A DNA stretch of 64,000 bases from Acanthaster planci (GCF_001949145.1 NW_019091359.1:1314540-1378539); one strand, 5' to 3'; shown: positions 1-14,933, counted from the stretch's first letter. Numbers and translations are program-made. Notes: generated by a model from the sequence alone, not told the origin.

Positions 1-1489
1 TAAATTCTTGGACTGTTCTACGGTCTGGTGAAGGCAGCCATTTTGTGCACGATTCACAAGTGCATTGTAAATTTTAACTGTGTTCAACTTCTTGGGGAAG
101 CTGCAGTTACAAAATGCAATGGACTACATTGATATGCAAATTAATATGCAGGAAGTGATGCTTAATGGGCCTATGCAAAATGATTTTTTAATGCAATCCT
201 AGAGAATGCACCTGTGCCCCATTTTACATTGTTTTCGGCATTTCTTTCATGATTTTACAGTTTGCCGACAGTGTGATATCTTCTTGGTTTCATGCCAGTG
301 CTCATTTCCATATTCATCGGCAAAAAAAATCTGATTTCATGCATGGAAGAAACCTTATAGACTGCGACTCATCCTACAAAAAAAAGTTGCTTAAAGTTTG
401 GATAATCTGCAGTCGTATATGCTCATTCTGTTTTGATATATTGTTTTGTATGTAGGTACAGCAGTAAGCCAGCAAGCAACACATTCTTGCAAATAATTTC
501 ATCGAGCAAATTTTGGGTTCACATTTTAAACAGTAAATCCCCAAACTGAATGTCTTCCCTGAATGACATCGGAGCCACCCACTGTCCGTGAAAACATTTC
601 AAATGCTTGAATGCACTGCAATACAATTAAACCCCAAAAGGATGCCAAATATTTTGAAACACTTGGAAGGACTAGACAATGCCCCCCAAAATTCCCTGAG
701 AAAAATTTCATTGTAGGCCTCTTTAAGAAATCAGAAAATTCAGAATTCATGATGAGCCTCAGTCACAGCTGACAAATTGCAGAAGACCATGACTTATTGA
801 TAAGCATTCATTAAATGGGAATATCTTACCGTATTTAGTTTTACCAGATTGGTATAATTACTATACTGATGCCGAGATGAAATGACGCATAGCATATACC
901 GGTAAATCTAGGGATAAATTAGATCGGTTTAGAAGCCCACGGTACATAAAATACATGCACAATCGCATTTACACCATGCATTCCTTCTGTACTGTGACTG
1001 TCTTTTTCTAATTCCATTCATCCTGTTAGTTTTCACTAATTCCAATTTTTCTAATGGCCTGATCCTCCCATACTGTGTCAATGCTATGCATAAATCATAC
1101 CCTAGGGCCAGGCCCCCCCGGGGGACTAAATGCAGGGGATTTAACGGTAAATAAGCTTGACACCCCCCAACTCAAGACTGGTGGAACCAGCTTGCTGCCA
1201 GAGATGTACATGTATATGCGGTGGACTGATCAGTATTGGCAAGTCTGCTCCATGAGTTACTGAAAGAGGAATGTTTTTGGCAATCTTTCTTTTTTTTTGT
1301 TCTAAAGGTAACAAATGTCAAATAGGATTCCTCACTTGGTAACATATGGAGGCCATACAGCACAAACTCTGCTCTCTTTCTCTGTAACAAACAGTAAGAA
1401 TTTCAAACTGTTTGTGTCCTCCACAAGATAATTAAAAAGTGGTGCCAGAGGAAGAAACCATGACTTCCCAGACGGCAAATTTATATTTA

Positions 1490-1528
1490 TTATAACTAAG
1501 TTGTAAGTTATAACTAAGTTGTAAGTTA
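1490..1528. repeat. Tandem duplication, 18-bp unit TTATAACTAAGTTGTAAG x2.2
   Basis: Two identical adjacent units plus a 3-nt partial, read directly. Confidence 0.85.
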
Positions 1529-3447
1529 GACAAAAATTGAATGAAAGTACACGATGTAACACATGAGGTATCCTTACTTATTCTGGTCTGAAATTTTCAT
1601 AAATTTGATTTTCCAGGGTACGGCAAAAACCGATTCGGGTTCCAGCAATTAGTCGGTGCTTATAAAAGAGGGTGCCTGTAAGAGAGGGCAACTGCTCCAT
1701 GGCAATCTCTACTGTCTGTTCAGCCAGAGTTTGGTCTACACAGTCGCTAGGCAATAGTCAAATGTCCCACCTTACGTGTGAGCTGGAGCCAAGGGATGGG
1801 AAGCACTATAATTAACCAAGTACACGTGTACATGTACAATGTACATGTACAATACAGTACTATGGGCCCTGAGCACGATTATGAGACGGGGCAATTTTCC
1901 CAACAACGGAGGTTGGTGGGAAATGCACTTTGTTGGTTCAAAAACGACTTTGCCTTGTGTACGCATCGCTTCCAACAAAGCAAACCCTTGCCATGAACAT
2001 GAAACTGCTCAACCGATGAGGGGGTGCTTCTGCTGAAGGCCGTTTTCTTGTGCTATAGTGTAAAATGTACCCTAATCACATCTGCTAATCCACTAAATGT
2101 GCTGTATGTCAGAACTGAAGTTTCTCTTTCTTTTCTTTTCTTTCCACATCCCTTTTTACCCAAATGAATGTTTATAAATCGTCAGCCAAATTCAGGCATC
2201 TACTATTAAAGAAATGTATTCCATTTCTAAGAAGCTACACATTGAATGCTGTCCTATACACCTAGTGTATACGCAGGTGACCACTTCTATTATTGACGTT
2301 CGTTCCCTCCAAATCAAGCATGCATCACATGTGCGCGCATGTGACAGTTAGTAGATCTTGAAGATGACACGCACGGTTAGCTCTTTCAACATCCCAACAG
2401 CTCTTCTCCCTCCTCATTGTTTTTTAGTCTTCTGCACCTCCCGCCCAGTATCAAAGGTGGAGTGCCTTGTAAAAAAGTCACGGTTTTTCCACCCATTTGC
2501 CATGCATCGTCCATTAGTGGATCTCAGTTTACATGGTCAATCCACGCAATGCCCTCCTTGCACTACTGCAGTGACTGAACACTCAGGTCAATGTCCATGC
2601 ATGCAGAAATAGGGTGCCATCTCCTTTTTTCATCTTGTCAATAACCACTTAACGATTTTTGGAAAATCACAATTATATCAACAGCAAACACTGATATGAC
2701 AGCACAACGGATCATTTTTCAAAGCTAAACAAAACGCAAAACTGGGCTCTCGCTGACACTGATGCAGAGAAAAAGGACGCTCTTAAAAAATATAATGTAT
2801 GTTTGACCTAAATTTGTAGATGATTTCTCCACCAAATTTAAAGTCGAGCGATTCATTCATCTTCCCATTTAAAATGTAGGAACTACCCGAAATGTCAAAT
2901 GCATAGATTAACCAACCGGTGGATGTAAGTACCAGTCCACCTGCATCTCCATGCATTCCTGTTAGCACAAGAGTTACTTAGTTCCATGCCGTTTGGATAT
3001 ACATGTACATGTACATGTATGTGGGGCAGCCTTCCCCTGCACTCCCGCAAGTCGCCTGGGGGATATTTGGACAATCCTGGACAGTGGGAAATGCCCAGAA
3101 TGAAACTGTTATTTTTTCCCTAAATTCTTCCCTGGAGGGTCAGTGTTTGTTCCTGATGACTCTCTCGCCGCTGAGTGGATTACGAGAGAGCAGATGCATA
3201 GAGACCGAGAATTTTCAGGCTCTAAGATTCAAAATTTGTTTATTCACATTGGGAGGTATTTCCACATGGCAAGTCAGGCTAGCTACAACACCCTGGAGTA
3301 CTATATACTGGTATATGGAGATGTTAATTTTTACTTCTTTTTTGGAAAATACAAACAAAATTGCATCCTTGAGTCTACTCGAATTACATAATGCTTGTGC
3401 TTGCAAGGCCAGCACAGTAATGTCATAATTTATGCTAAAAATGGAAC

Positions 3448-3499
3448 AAAAAATAAAGAAAACAAAGAAAAAAAAGAAAAAGAAAAAGAAAAAGAAAAG
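3448..3499 (+). repeat. A-rich microsatellite, (AAAAAG)n-like
   Basis: Poly-purine run with repeated AAAAAG units. Confidence 0.8.
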
Positions 3500-6400
3500 T
3501 TGATCCACACACTATCAGCTATTTACTGTAAAAGTGTATCAATCACTCAATAACGAACAAAATGATTACATTTCCAGAATATTTCACATGTATCCGTATA
3601 AACCAACAGAGTTACAGATAATTTTTTCTTAAAGGGTGCTGGTACATATAAACATGCATGAGTAGTGAACCACACGCAGGGACAAAAACAGTTAATTCGC
3701 TCTTTTCACACTGCCACCATACCCACGCAGAGCCTCAATCTGGCAGCTTGTAAAATCACGTCGGAATCGCGTCAGTGTAGCTTTTAAATATTATCCAAAT
3801 GTGTGGTATAAGAGCTGATGTAACATCATTAAGCAACATACACAGGAATCATGGAACCGGCTATATTCACTGTGTAAAGTTGCCAGATCGAGGCTCTGTA
3901 TGCCCATGGCGGCAGTGTGTAAAATGAGCAGATAGACAGGCACTGTATGTGAGTGACCACCACACCAAAGCCTTTCTTTTGTAATCAGGGGCTCATGACT
4001 AATTAATTTACTATCCCCCAAAAGAAACCAAAAATGCTGCTGTCCAAAGACTGAACACTGACATCACCTTGCCTGTATGATCATATTTTGGTCCTTCTTG
4101 GTCTCCAAGTCCCTGGAACTTTGCAAGTCAAAGTATACAAGCCCAGTTTTTCGGCTGGCAGAAGGTGGGATTATACAGTGCGAGAAAATGGACTTTTTTT
4201 TGGTCTGTTAGTCGGTGACACAGGTACCAGCATGTTTGTCGGTAAACCAACAACAGAAATGCCATGATAATGCAAAACACACAAGGCTGACGTATGCTTG
4301 ACAACGTTATCTTGTTCACGCTCAAAGAACCAGGAAGAGCTTTATGCAAAGTACACACAATTTGCTTTGCTGACCAAACCCTGGTCGATATTGTAGTTTG
4401 AGGCCTACTTGAAAATGCTAAGGCAATCCGGACATGTATGTGGGGAGCACTTCAGGGTGATGGATATATGAAAGGGGGAGTGTTAATGCATACAAAATTG
4501 GAGTGGTCCTGGGACCCAATGGGTTTTACAACACCAGCAATAAACTCTTAATTTGATAAGTGCTGGGTCATGTCCCCAAATAGGGTGCTCAGTATAGGTA
4601 CACTACTGATAACAGCGACCTGCCTACCACAGGCACTGTACATGTATATGAACAAGTACTAAGTAAAGTTTGTAAATTCTGTATGCATCACATACATGTA
4701 ACTTATAAAGGCTGACAGCTGTGGGAAATTTCAGCCATCCAGAACTTAGCATGCACCAAACACAACAGTCTGCTGACAAAACACAAGCAACTGTGAGAGC
4801 TGGCATTTACCCAAGTTGTCTTTTGATTTGGGTGGGGTGCTGAGAGACAAGAGTTGATATTCCACAGCGGAATGCATAGCTGGGATCACGCCCTCGTGAC
4901 ACTGCCAGGAACAAGAGGCAAGACATAACTTAATTCACTTTGGTGATCTTTGAGAGACAATTTTAACGAGCTGAACTGAACTTCAAAGAGTAGCAGGGCT
5001 GAAAATACAGATGATCTTCTCAGCAAAAGTGAATAACTTAAAAGCAACAGCAAAAACATGCTATTTTCATCCATGGTCCATTCCTGCAAATTTGCTGTGC
5101 TGGACTTAGTTGCAGAAAGATAGCTTTGTGGTTGACAGACTGTCATACATGCAACAGTACTGAAAGAAGTTTTCATGGTGGATCTTGGTCTGGCAGCATC
5201 AAAACTCTAATGCGTTCGAAGTGTCCCTCTATCACAGAGATTTCTTTGAAGTTTGCACTTTGCAAGGATCTATCAGGACCCCATTTCATGGTGCTGCTAA
5301 GCAGACGATTTTACCCTTATAGAGGCTCCACAGATTTTATGGAGATAGTAAGCAGTGAGCACAGCAAAAGGCACACTTACCGGAACCTTGGAGGAACATG
5401 TGCTCTTGACCTAGTTACAAACATGTACATGTAATAGAAATCTCAATGCGTGTACATGTAAGTTTTGTGCTAAGCGTAGCAATGTTCCCATGATATATGC
5501 TACCACTAGGCCAAGTCTTGTGCTATGTATAGCAAGAATCTGCTTCGTGGTAAGCAGTGCCATGAAATTGGGCCCAGGTAAAAGCTATGTGTTGCCATAG
5601 TAACAGACTGACACCTTTGCAATCTCCCTTTTTAGGGTATACTGTGAAAAACTTACTGAAGTTGGCCAATTTCAAAATGTAATCATGCACAAATAATGTT
5701 GTAAACATACATGTATGTGGGCCTTGCTAAACGTTATGGTTAGTTTTCTAACATCACTGCTCTCTGAACAGTGCCAAACATGATCATTTTCTGTTTAAAT
5801 AATAACTATGAAATCAAGAAAGTAGTGAGCTCAGAGAGAGAGAGAAAAAAAAAACAAAAAAAAAAACACATTTAGAAAAAATATCACCAGGTATGAAAGT
5901 GATGATTGATTCTCAGCTGTGACACTGTCACCAACTAAAGTTTCTGAGGTGATGTTGCTGTCTGTTTTCAAGAAATCCGCTCCTAATGTTGAAATATGAA
6001 TTGTTTCACGTTATACCAATACCTCAAAATTGAATAGTCACAAATAACTCTCACAGGGTCAACAGCTTAATTCAGATTTGACTTTTTTAGTATTTTTGTG
6101 AAAAGTTTTTCCTGAAGTCAAAACAAGCATCTTTCATCCAACTGACAGTTTCTAAGGAACATTTCACTTAACGATTTCAAAAGGATCTTCTTTTCTGCAC
6201 CAAGGCCAAAATACAGAGCACTTCACTACTCTAGACTCTGCCAAAATGACCACCTTTTGTATACAATCCTTTGTATATGCAAACAAAGTCCCTGAAAATC
6301 ATGACAGTAATGTGTAAGACCACTTCAGGGCTTCTTCTTCTTCGTCAATACACCTCTGGGGAACACTTCTACATAGTGACAAGGCTGATACCTTGTGACA

Positions 6401-9400
6401 TGCCCCAAACCACTGGTATTCAAACCTGGATTTGGCAGTCCTTGGAAAAAGCAACAATGTAAACCAGGGAAAAAAAGGCACAGAACCAATGGCACTACAG
6501 ACAAGCCTAGCCAAGTCATGTCCAAAGAAGCAAACCATGAGCTCAAATTTTTCCAGTTTTACTCATGAAGAAAAATTCCAGTTGCAGAGGGGGAAGTAGT
6601 AGTTAACTATTACATTGGAGGATCACAGTAACACTGCGGCATGAAATGTGTACTCCTGCCCATACTTCAATTTGTACAGTGACTAAAAAAGTAATGAGAA
6701 CATATAAATTTGGACAAGGCAGTTTTAGATATTTCCAACAAAGGTATATAGTAACGCAATATGAGGTACCGGTATCAGGGAATAAACATGCATCTTATGA
6801 TTTAAACTTATAATTCCCGAGCATTTCTGACCGAGGAGAATCCTAATTTTTCTTTTAAAAGGAAAAAAAAAAGGCATGTACAGTTTCTTTGTACTTTTCT
6901 TTTTCCGTTTTACTTTAATCAATGCTAGCTGGGTCACGCCAGTCCCGAATCCATTGAATATTACAGACTCTTGGTGTGAAACTTTTTGGATAATTAGATT
7001 TAGAATCAACAAGGGTTAATCTTCACAACTGATGGCACAAAAATGGACTTTACTTTCAGGTAAAGCTTTTCTATTCTCAACTCATAGGCACACAGTGTAA
7101 TCATGGCTGATCGACTTCAATATGGCACCGTATGTTAGTTACCACTGTCCCAGCATGGTGTCCATCTGAGCTAGTTTTACTTGTAAGCACCGCAATATGT
7201 CATCTTCAAATATCCTCACTTAATGGCATTGCATCAAGGTAAGAATTATACTTTCGAATGACAGGTTTCGGTTTTTATTGACAGCATCGACAAGGTTACA
7301 CTGAAACTGTGAAACTGTGTATTATTCATGTGCGCAAAATTTGTACGTTAGATCTGTATTATTTCTCAGAGTTGTCCCGGCAGGAGTGAGGTTAATATGG
7401 GAGGGGGGGCAGCTGGCAGAATGACGATATCGCCAATCTACCAAGCGAAACACCAGGGGGGGAAAAAGCGGCAGAGACTGCAGGCTTGACCCGTAATGCA
7501 GTTATCCAAACGCCACTTAGCAAACAAAATCAGATTACACACCACCCCCATCCCTGGTGTCAAAACTGACTGCTGGCCAAACTGTTTGTGTTGGGCTTGT
7601 CTATGGATTGGTAGAGGAAGGGGGACGAGATATGATGACAATATCGGGCGAAAAACAGAAGACAGATGACTGTGCCGACAGCAAACAGCTAGAGCCGGTC
7701 TCTGAAGGAAGGGAAATGACGTGAATGGAACTTTTCACATCATTTTAGGAAAATTTGCACTCTAATGTATGTGAACGGTATCAAAAAAACAAAAAAGGGG
7801 ACTGACATGGACTTAATGGAATAAATGAAGTTTGAAGGTTGTAGGAGACTGTACATGTACACGTACGTTCTTTATACTACTTGGAAATAGAGCTTTTTTA
7901 TGCGAAGAACAGTGTACAAATAACACATGTACATGTATAACAATTACCTTTACACAAAACAAACAGTCTCCATGCATACATGTTTGGCTTAGAATAACGT
8001 TATTTTAAAATTTCGATGAACGCATAACAAACTTGATAAAGAGGGATCTCCAAGTGCATGCAACACTAAACACGTGCATATGTATGCATGAATGACCTGA
8101 GAAACCTTGACCTATTTCTCTAGAAAGATTTAAAAAGAAGATTTCCATGAAAAATTACAGATGGATAATTGCAGAAATCTGATATATGATTTTGTAAGTT
8201 CAGAACACATTTTCTAATTTCCAAGAGTGATGAATTAGTGCAAATTGCCTGCCAAACAAATAGTAATAGTTTGAAATCAATTCCGGTGATATTTCCATGT
8301 CAAATAACAAAGGTCTGATGTAACAGGGACACAAAAATGTCACACTTTTGGACCCCTGATTTCTGGAGTTACCCAGTTGAAAGAGGGACATAAAGGCAGA
8401 TTCCATTATGACAGGACCAGAAACCAAGCTGATCTGATGGTACCGTACAAAGCTCCATTGTTTCAAGAATGGTTTCTACATGGTGATAAAAAAAATCCTT
8501 ACATTATGGATGCATATCCTGCATGTGCCATGTCCTTTTTTTGGAGGGGGGGAGGCAAAATTTAGGAAAATGTTGAAGCACACACTTTTTCATAAACACT
8601 TCCAACCAATGCCAGATGGTACCAACAACCCTATCCAACACTCTCAGGTGTGTAACTATGGGAAGTTTCAGAATTTAACTTCATACGTAACAGCTTGTGG
8701 TTTTTAAGTACAGCTGCGGTAACTAGGAAATACAGGTACACGTATCTCTGTTGTGAACATGGCATTCTGGAGAGCACTGTTGGACTCATTTCCCATCCCC
8801 TGTAAAGACGCAACAAAATTAATGCCCATGCTATGTCATTCCAAAGCCCTAACCCTTTGGACTGCTCTTGACATGATGACATCATACAGTGGACACAGAT
8901 GACATCTACAATGAATCAGTAATTAAGCATGGTCAACTTACTCAATGTGGACAGCACGCTAACAAGCCTGAGTGTTTTAAGATGGATTATAGCATGCACT
9001 GCGTGGATAACGTAATAGGATTATTGGTGGCAGCCAAAAAATCCCACTTACAATCTGCCTGCACGGAATTAACACCAATTTCATTTTGATTACTGGCTAC
9101 CAAAAGAAAAAGCAATGAATTGAAATGTTCAGCTTGCTGTTTTTTCCCAAACTGCACAAATCAGTAAATGAGGAATTCATAATCAAAATTATCTTTTCCT
9201 CATTAACATCTGATGCTAATGAAAATATCATTTATGAACGATATGTTTCAGAGGCAGAGCCTACGCGCACAGTGTAGGTGAAAAGTACGTATGCGTTATA
9301 AATCATGCAAAATGTGAAAGACTGCATCAAAGTTCATGACAATATACAAGCTGAACAGTTGTTGCAATCATTTCACTTGATACATGCACATGCACAACTA

Positions 9401-11628
9401 GAAGACAGTTTCTTCATCAAGAACTCACTAAAGACAAATTCCTCCATTTGTTTGGACGGCCACTGGAAGGAGACGTGCACACTGTCACGAGTTTGTACCT
9501 TTAACCAGAAGCTAGAGGCATTCTTTCAGGCTTGAATTTATGAGCCCGGTAGCACTTTGGAAAACACAATCAAACTTGTTGCAAATGTAACCCTGGGTTC
9601 ATTTTAGCCTGCTTGTCTTGCTCCCTGCTCTGAGGAGGGTCGTGGCCCTTGGCTATCCTCCAAGACACTGGTACAACACCGTCTTGCAGCATATGCTCTC
9701 TGCTTGCATCACATTTTCCTACAATTGCCTCGACTTCCTGATGCAAGCGGAGGGATAAAGTGTCAAGAAAGACAGACACAGAAAGACACATATCCATGTT
9801 TTAAAGTGATCACCGACACAGCCAGCTGCTTTTCCGAAAAACACATGAAAAGAAGAACTACATGTGATTATGTAGATGCTTCTTTTACTAAGTGACACAA
9901 ATTCAGTTGTGAAGCAGTAATGAGTGGAGGGACGCATTTTTCACTTGAAAATGTCAAAGACCAGCGTTTACTGATTACCTAATCTCCATCCCAACAAAAA
10001 TCCACAGTGACACGCGCACAGCCTACGTGACCGCGCATTAAATCAGGGGTCTGCGATCCTTCCACTGCGGACGTGTGAGGCTTATGAAGTACGCATAGGC
10101 CACCAAATGGATCCCGGGGTGATTTAAGGTCTCAGTTTTGCCATTCATTATTCCCCAGGAGGGAGAAGCTGCAGGGTTCTCAGAAAATTGCACCCTTGGG
10201 TCAGTCCATAAGAGTGGCAATTCCATATTCTCTTTTTTTTTCCCCGGGGTTAAAAAAATTACTTTTACAGAGCAAGTTTACACAGGCATGATTTTGATTT
10301 TACACAAAAAAAACCCCAAACTTGCGAACACAAGGCTTTTCTTGTAGACAAAATTACTCCTCTTGGTACAAAAGATGTGTTTTTTATACATCAGGTGCAT
10401 CAGCACTTTGGACATCTACGGCTGGTTGTACTTCCCAGTATATAGAACATTTTGCACACTGCGCAAACACGCACCTGATGGTGTTGAATACATAGTTCTA
10501 ATTTTTCTACAAAGATGGTGTCCTCTGAGGGACATCTAGAGAAAGAGACAACAAAGTCCTACATGTAGGTTTGGATGACTTGCCACTCAAAGTGGCTTGT
10601 AAAGTTTCCAACAGAAAAAGGCATGAAATAAAGACCACGAACAACAGATTTTTCTAGGAGCTCATATCTGAACTTGATATTCATCCAACCAAAAAGTTCC
10701 ATACAGGACTCTTCAAGGGTAAATCTGCTTGATTCTGAAATGTCAACAAGAATCCGTTTTCAGTTCATTTCTATAAGCCAAGTTTTTGAAAACTGATACC
10801 TACAAAAATTGTTAAGCGCCCCTTCAAAAAATCTGGTTTACAATCCTCCTGCTAAATAGAGCTGTGTTTGCATTATCCATTCCCCTGGAGAATTTCTACC
10901 ATGCTTATTCGGCCTTGCACAGTTATAATCCAATGTGCACTGGGCCCATGCAACTTCATTAATTGTTACTGGTATTCCCTTCCTCTGCCCTTGCTCCGTC
11001 CTCCCTCAGTCACGGTTCAGTTAGATGCAGATGAACCCACACGGCAACAAACTCCCTAACCACAAATCCACTCATGGCAATCCCTGTACACACACTGTTG
11101 AACATGTTTATTTTGCCAATGCACTGACACCCTGTTTACAGTAGATACATACTCCATACACCAGGCATGAGGGAATCCTACATGTGCTTCCCTGCCGAGG
11201 CATGGGATGTCAAGATTTTTTTCATCTGTTTGGTTCTTACACATTCAAACAAAATATCTTGAGAGTCACTGAATGGAATACATCCATCGGTTCAGGTATG
11301 TGTACTAGAAATCGTGCATGAGCAGAGCTGAACAAAAAGCTCATTAAAGGTAACAAAATGGTAACAAGCAAATTGTCATGGATACAATAAAAACAAATGG
11401 CTTTAACCACTGGAGTTAACATCACCACCACAATAACACCATAGTATCAACTGTGCCTGAATCACTGAAGTCCAGCTGGTTAGGGACCTGAAAGAGGACG
11501 TATTTCCACACACATGCCCAAAATGAACCCTTATTGATTCTGCTTAAAAACTGTGTTGAAAAACAAGGAAAAATGAAAAAAAGAAAAGGAGGGATTTTGG
11601 CAGTCTCATTAGTAAATAAACAACTCAC

Positions 11629-11669
11629 CTTGTGCAGTCTCCTGACTGCAAAGCATCCTGCTGGTACAT
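11629..11669 (-). other. Candidate 41-nt exon (or 3' end of an alternative first exon) of the large minus-strand gene; reads MYQQDALQSGDCT(R) from its ATG
   Basis: Strong donor AAG|GTGAGT (plus 11623-11628 ACTCAC) and possible acceptor TTTGTGTAG|ATG. No homology recognised. Confidence 0.3.
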
Positions 11670-12530
11670 CTACACAAAGTCCTCTCTCAGTGAACAGCAC
11701 ATGACATTTACTACTATCCCTCTATGTACACACCAAGTGTGTACATGTACATGTATCGTGCCCAGTGACGTTGATCACACTGCGACGCTACCCAGAACTG
11801 GTGTACACACATACTCTCCCATCCTCATGGTTAGATGCATCCTTCGTGAAATGGAAAAAAAAAAAAAAATGCCACGCACTCCATCTCTGCAATAAACTGC
11901 CTCCTATGCACATGGCTGCCTTTCCTAATAACCGCCGCACGCACACATGTTCGTCATTGGGGGCTGTAGGCAAACAATGGGCCAAGTCGTTTGGAAAATT
12001 TGAGTTGAAAAGGGAAAAGAGAAAACGTGGCGCAGCACGTTCCACTCTCTCAATGGTGAGGTCTCCCCTCCACAAAAATAAGGACACCGAAACCAAAAAT
12101 AGCTGCTGGTGGACTCTTCAATTGCCTTATTCAAGTGTCATCCCAGCGTCTGTGGTCTTGCACTGTGGCTCCTTTTTCTTCTGCCCATTCTTATGTAAAG
12201 TTGTTAAGCTCCAGAAGAATGCCGGCCAATAAATGCAGGTGGGTGCATGTATGCTAACCTGCCGAGGTGTGTGTCTGTAGCGTCGTGTACACTGCACCCT
12301 CCGAGGTGGTTGGTCCCTTTCGAGTAACGGTCTTTCCCGGTAAACATAGATCGACAGAACAATATATGCACCCTGCCACATAATGGCACGTGCTTGCTAC
12401 AGTAGGGAGATAGCATATGAGGGAGATCATGGGACAACTGATGCATGGTGGCTGTCTTTAGGGGATAAAGCAAGCTTAATGTACATCAACCCCTGAACCA
12501 TACGCGGTTAACCGCAGGCAAGAGGAAAAC

Positions 12531-13245
12531 NNNNNNNNNNNNNNNNNNNNNNNNNNNNNNNNNNNNNNNNNNNNNNNNNNNNNNNNNNNNNNNNNNNNNN
12601 NNNNNNNNNNNNNNNNNNNNNNNNNNNNNNNNNNNNNNNNNNNNNNNNNNNNNNNNNNNNNNNNNNNNNNNNNNNNNNNNNNNNNNNNNNNNNNNNNNNN
12701 NNNNNNNNNNNNNNNNNNNNNNNNNNNNNNNNNNNNNNNNNNNNNNNNNNNNNNNNNNNNNNNNNNNNNNNNNNNNNNNNNNNNNNNNNNNNNNNNNNNN
12801 NNNNNNNNNNNNNNNNNNNNNNNNNNNNNNNNNNNNNNNNNNNNNNNNNNNNNNNNNNNNNNNNNNNNNNNNNNNNNNNNNNNNNNNNNNNNNNNNNNNN
12901 NNNNNNNNNNNNNNNNNNNNNNNNNNNNNNNNNNNNNNNNNNNNNNNNNNNNNNNNNNNNNNNNNNNNNNNNNNNNNNNNNNNNNNNNNNNNNNNNNNNN
13001 NNNNNNNNNNNNNNNNNNNNNNNNNNNNNNNNNNNNNNNNNNNNNNNNNNNNNNNNNNNNNNNNNNNNNNNNNNNNNNNNNNNNNNNNNNNNNNNNNNNN
13101 NNNNNNNNNNNNNNNNNNNNNNNNNNNNNNNNNNNNNNNNNNNNNNNNNNNNNNNNNNNNNNNNNNNNNNNNNNNNNNNNNNNNNNNNNNNNNNNNNNNN
13201 NNNNNNNNNNNNNNNNNNNNNNNNNNNNNNNNNNNNNNNNNNNNN
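12531..13245. other. Assembly gap (715 N)
   Basis: Run of N; could hide an exon or repeat. Confidence 1.
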
Positions 13246-14564
13246 AGGAACATGGCTAGAACACGGGTATCCATGTATCCAAAATTGGCAGCATCAATGC
13301 ACATGTCATTCCCGTAACAATATTGATTTGAGTGAAAAGGGGCTGAAGTGTGGATTACGCAGGCAGCACATTCAAAATACCACAAAGGTGAATAGCACTT
13401 AATGGACATCAATAAAGTGCTATCTGAGAGCATACTTAACAATGCACAGGTACCACTATAAATAACTAGACTTCATTCTCAGTTTCAGTTTACGGGGAGG
13501 GGGTCTTAAATGTACAGGCTGCAAGGAGTATACACCAATGTACAACTCTATTCTATATTTAGAAATTAAAGGAATTTCAAAAGCTAACAGAGCTGGATTG
13601 TAAATTATCCCAAAATGCAAAGTCTTTCATTAAAAAAAAATTATGTCCACATCTGTTGCATCATGTAATTTTTTCAACTACAAAAAGCAGTTTCTAGGAG
13701 GCAAAGTAGTTCAGGCTCTTGGACAAAAAGAAATCTGTGTTTGGGAATCACATTTACCGGTAGTAGCAAACATTTTACACCTCCGTGGGTATACCATTTT
13801 GGGGCATTCCACTGGTAACCTACATGTATTTAGTTCCAAAACAACACCTGCATACAGATGACATGCCTTGTTCTAGTACTGGCTCCATTGTATCGAGCTT
13901 TGTTGCCCTGTATGACACGAGTCGACAATAGAGAAGTGATCCATACTTGAATTCATTTCCTTGTTACACTGCCGCCAGCCCATTGTCAGAACGTTAGCGC
14001 CAATTTGAAAAGGGGCGACTGTCGATGCCCGTGGTTTTTCAGGCCCTGGTAACAGCTGCGGATGGGATGCTCCATCGTGGAACAATATCCCACAGAAAAC
14101 TGTACTAGCTGTAGCATATGCTTAAACCATCCCTGCAGGTACATGTAATATTACAGGCTTGATTGATCTTGCGTTCCTCCAACGTCCTTGGATGTTGGCA
14201 GGAAAAACGATGGAAGACAACCAACCTCAATCAAAAAAAAAAAAAAGAAAAGGGGTCAGTGGCAAAATTGTCTCATACCAATAACCATGAGCCCAGTGCA
14301 TGTATTTGCTCTTCCTCCGAGTTTTAATTAGTCTCAGTAATGATTATTGGGTTTTGCAACAATTGTCAAGAGTCAGGAAAGGTCAGTATATTGAAAAAGA
14401 AGATAAGATGTCACAAGCCTATCAGGTGCTGCATGGAAAATTGTGCAGTCTTACGCAGTCAATATCAGGCATGGACATATTATACTGTATACGTGGACAC
14501 TTTCAGTGGCTACTTCAATAAAATCAATGTGTGAAATGCACTAGTGATGACCAGCGAGGATACA

Positions 14565-14933
14565 ATTTATTCATTTTCAAAGTGCAAATTTCATACAGAT
14601 ATGTTCAAATGCGCTGTACAATAAAGACATTAAGCGTGGAACAATGAATACATTCAAACGTGGATGAGCCGATGGCATACAAAGGCACATAAGTGCGCCT
14701 CGGGCAACCGCCAAACGACCCACATTCATCGACATCAGTAAAGAGGAGACAATAAGAAGCAGTTACAGTTTTAGAGGTGGGAGGAAAACCCCAGAGGAAT
14801 ACTCTGCGTAAAACCCACGAAATCAGTTAGGGACTGAAAACCCAATCCACATGTGGACCGGGCCGGGGATCGAACCTGGACCGTAGAGGTGAAAGGTGAG
14901 GAACTACAATGTACCTTGCCAACCCGACTCCCC
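14565..14933 (-). mobile_element. Near full-length tRNA-derived SINE with a central domain and LINE(L2)-like 3' tail
   Basis: Minus strand: GGGGAGTCGGGTTGGC head (A-box-like), B-box GGTTCGATCCC, central GTGGGTTTT...GGGTTTTCCTCCCAC motif of the kind found in conserved-domain metazoan SINEs, then tail TGTACAGCGCATTTGAAC...AATAAATT. A second copy lies at 47388. Confidence 0.75.

Noticed and set aside
59..128. Imperfect ~70-nt hairpin starting GTGCATTGTA (miR-33-like)
   Set aside because: Diverges from miR-33 after 10 nt and pairing is irregular; more likely a repeat remnant.
1337..1382. Possible 46-nt minus-strand exon (TTACAG| ... CAA|GTGAGG)
   Set aside because: Splice sites only moderate, no recognisable peptide in any frame; cannot be supported without RNA data.
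12486..13442. 318-aa ORF in the supplied track
   Set aside because: Artefact of reading through the N gap.
14840..14933. tRNA gene
   Set aside because: A B-box is present but there is no full cloverleaf, and the sequence continues into SINE body and tail.
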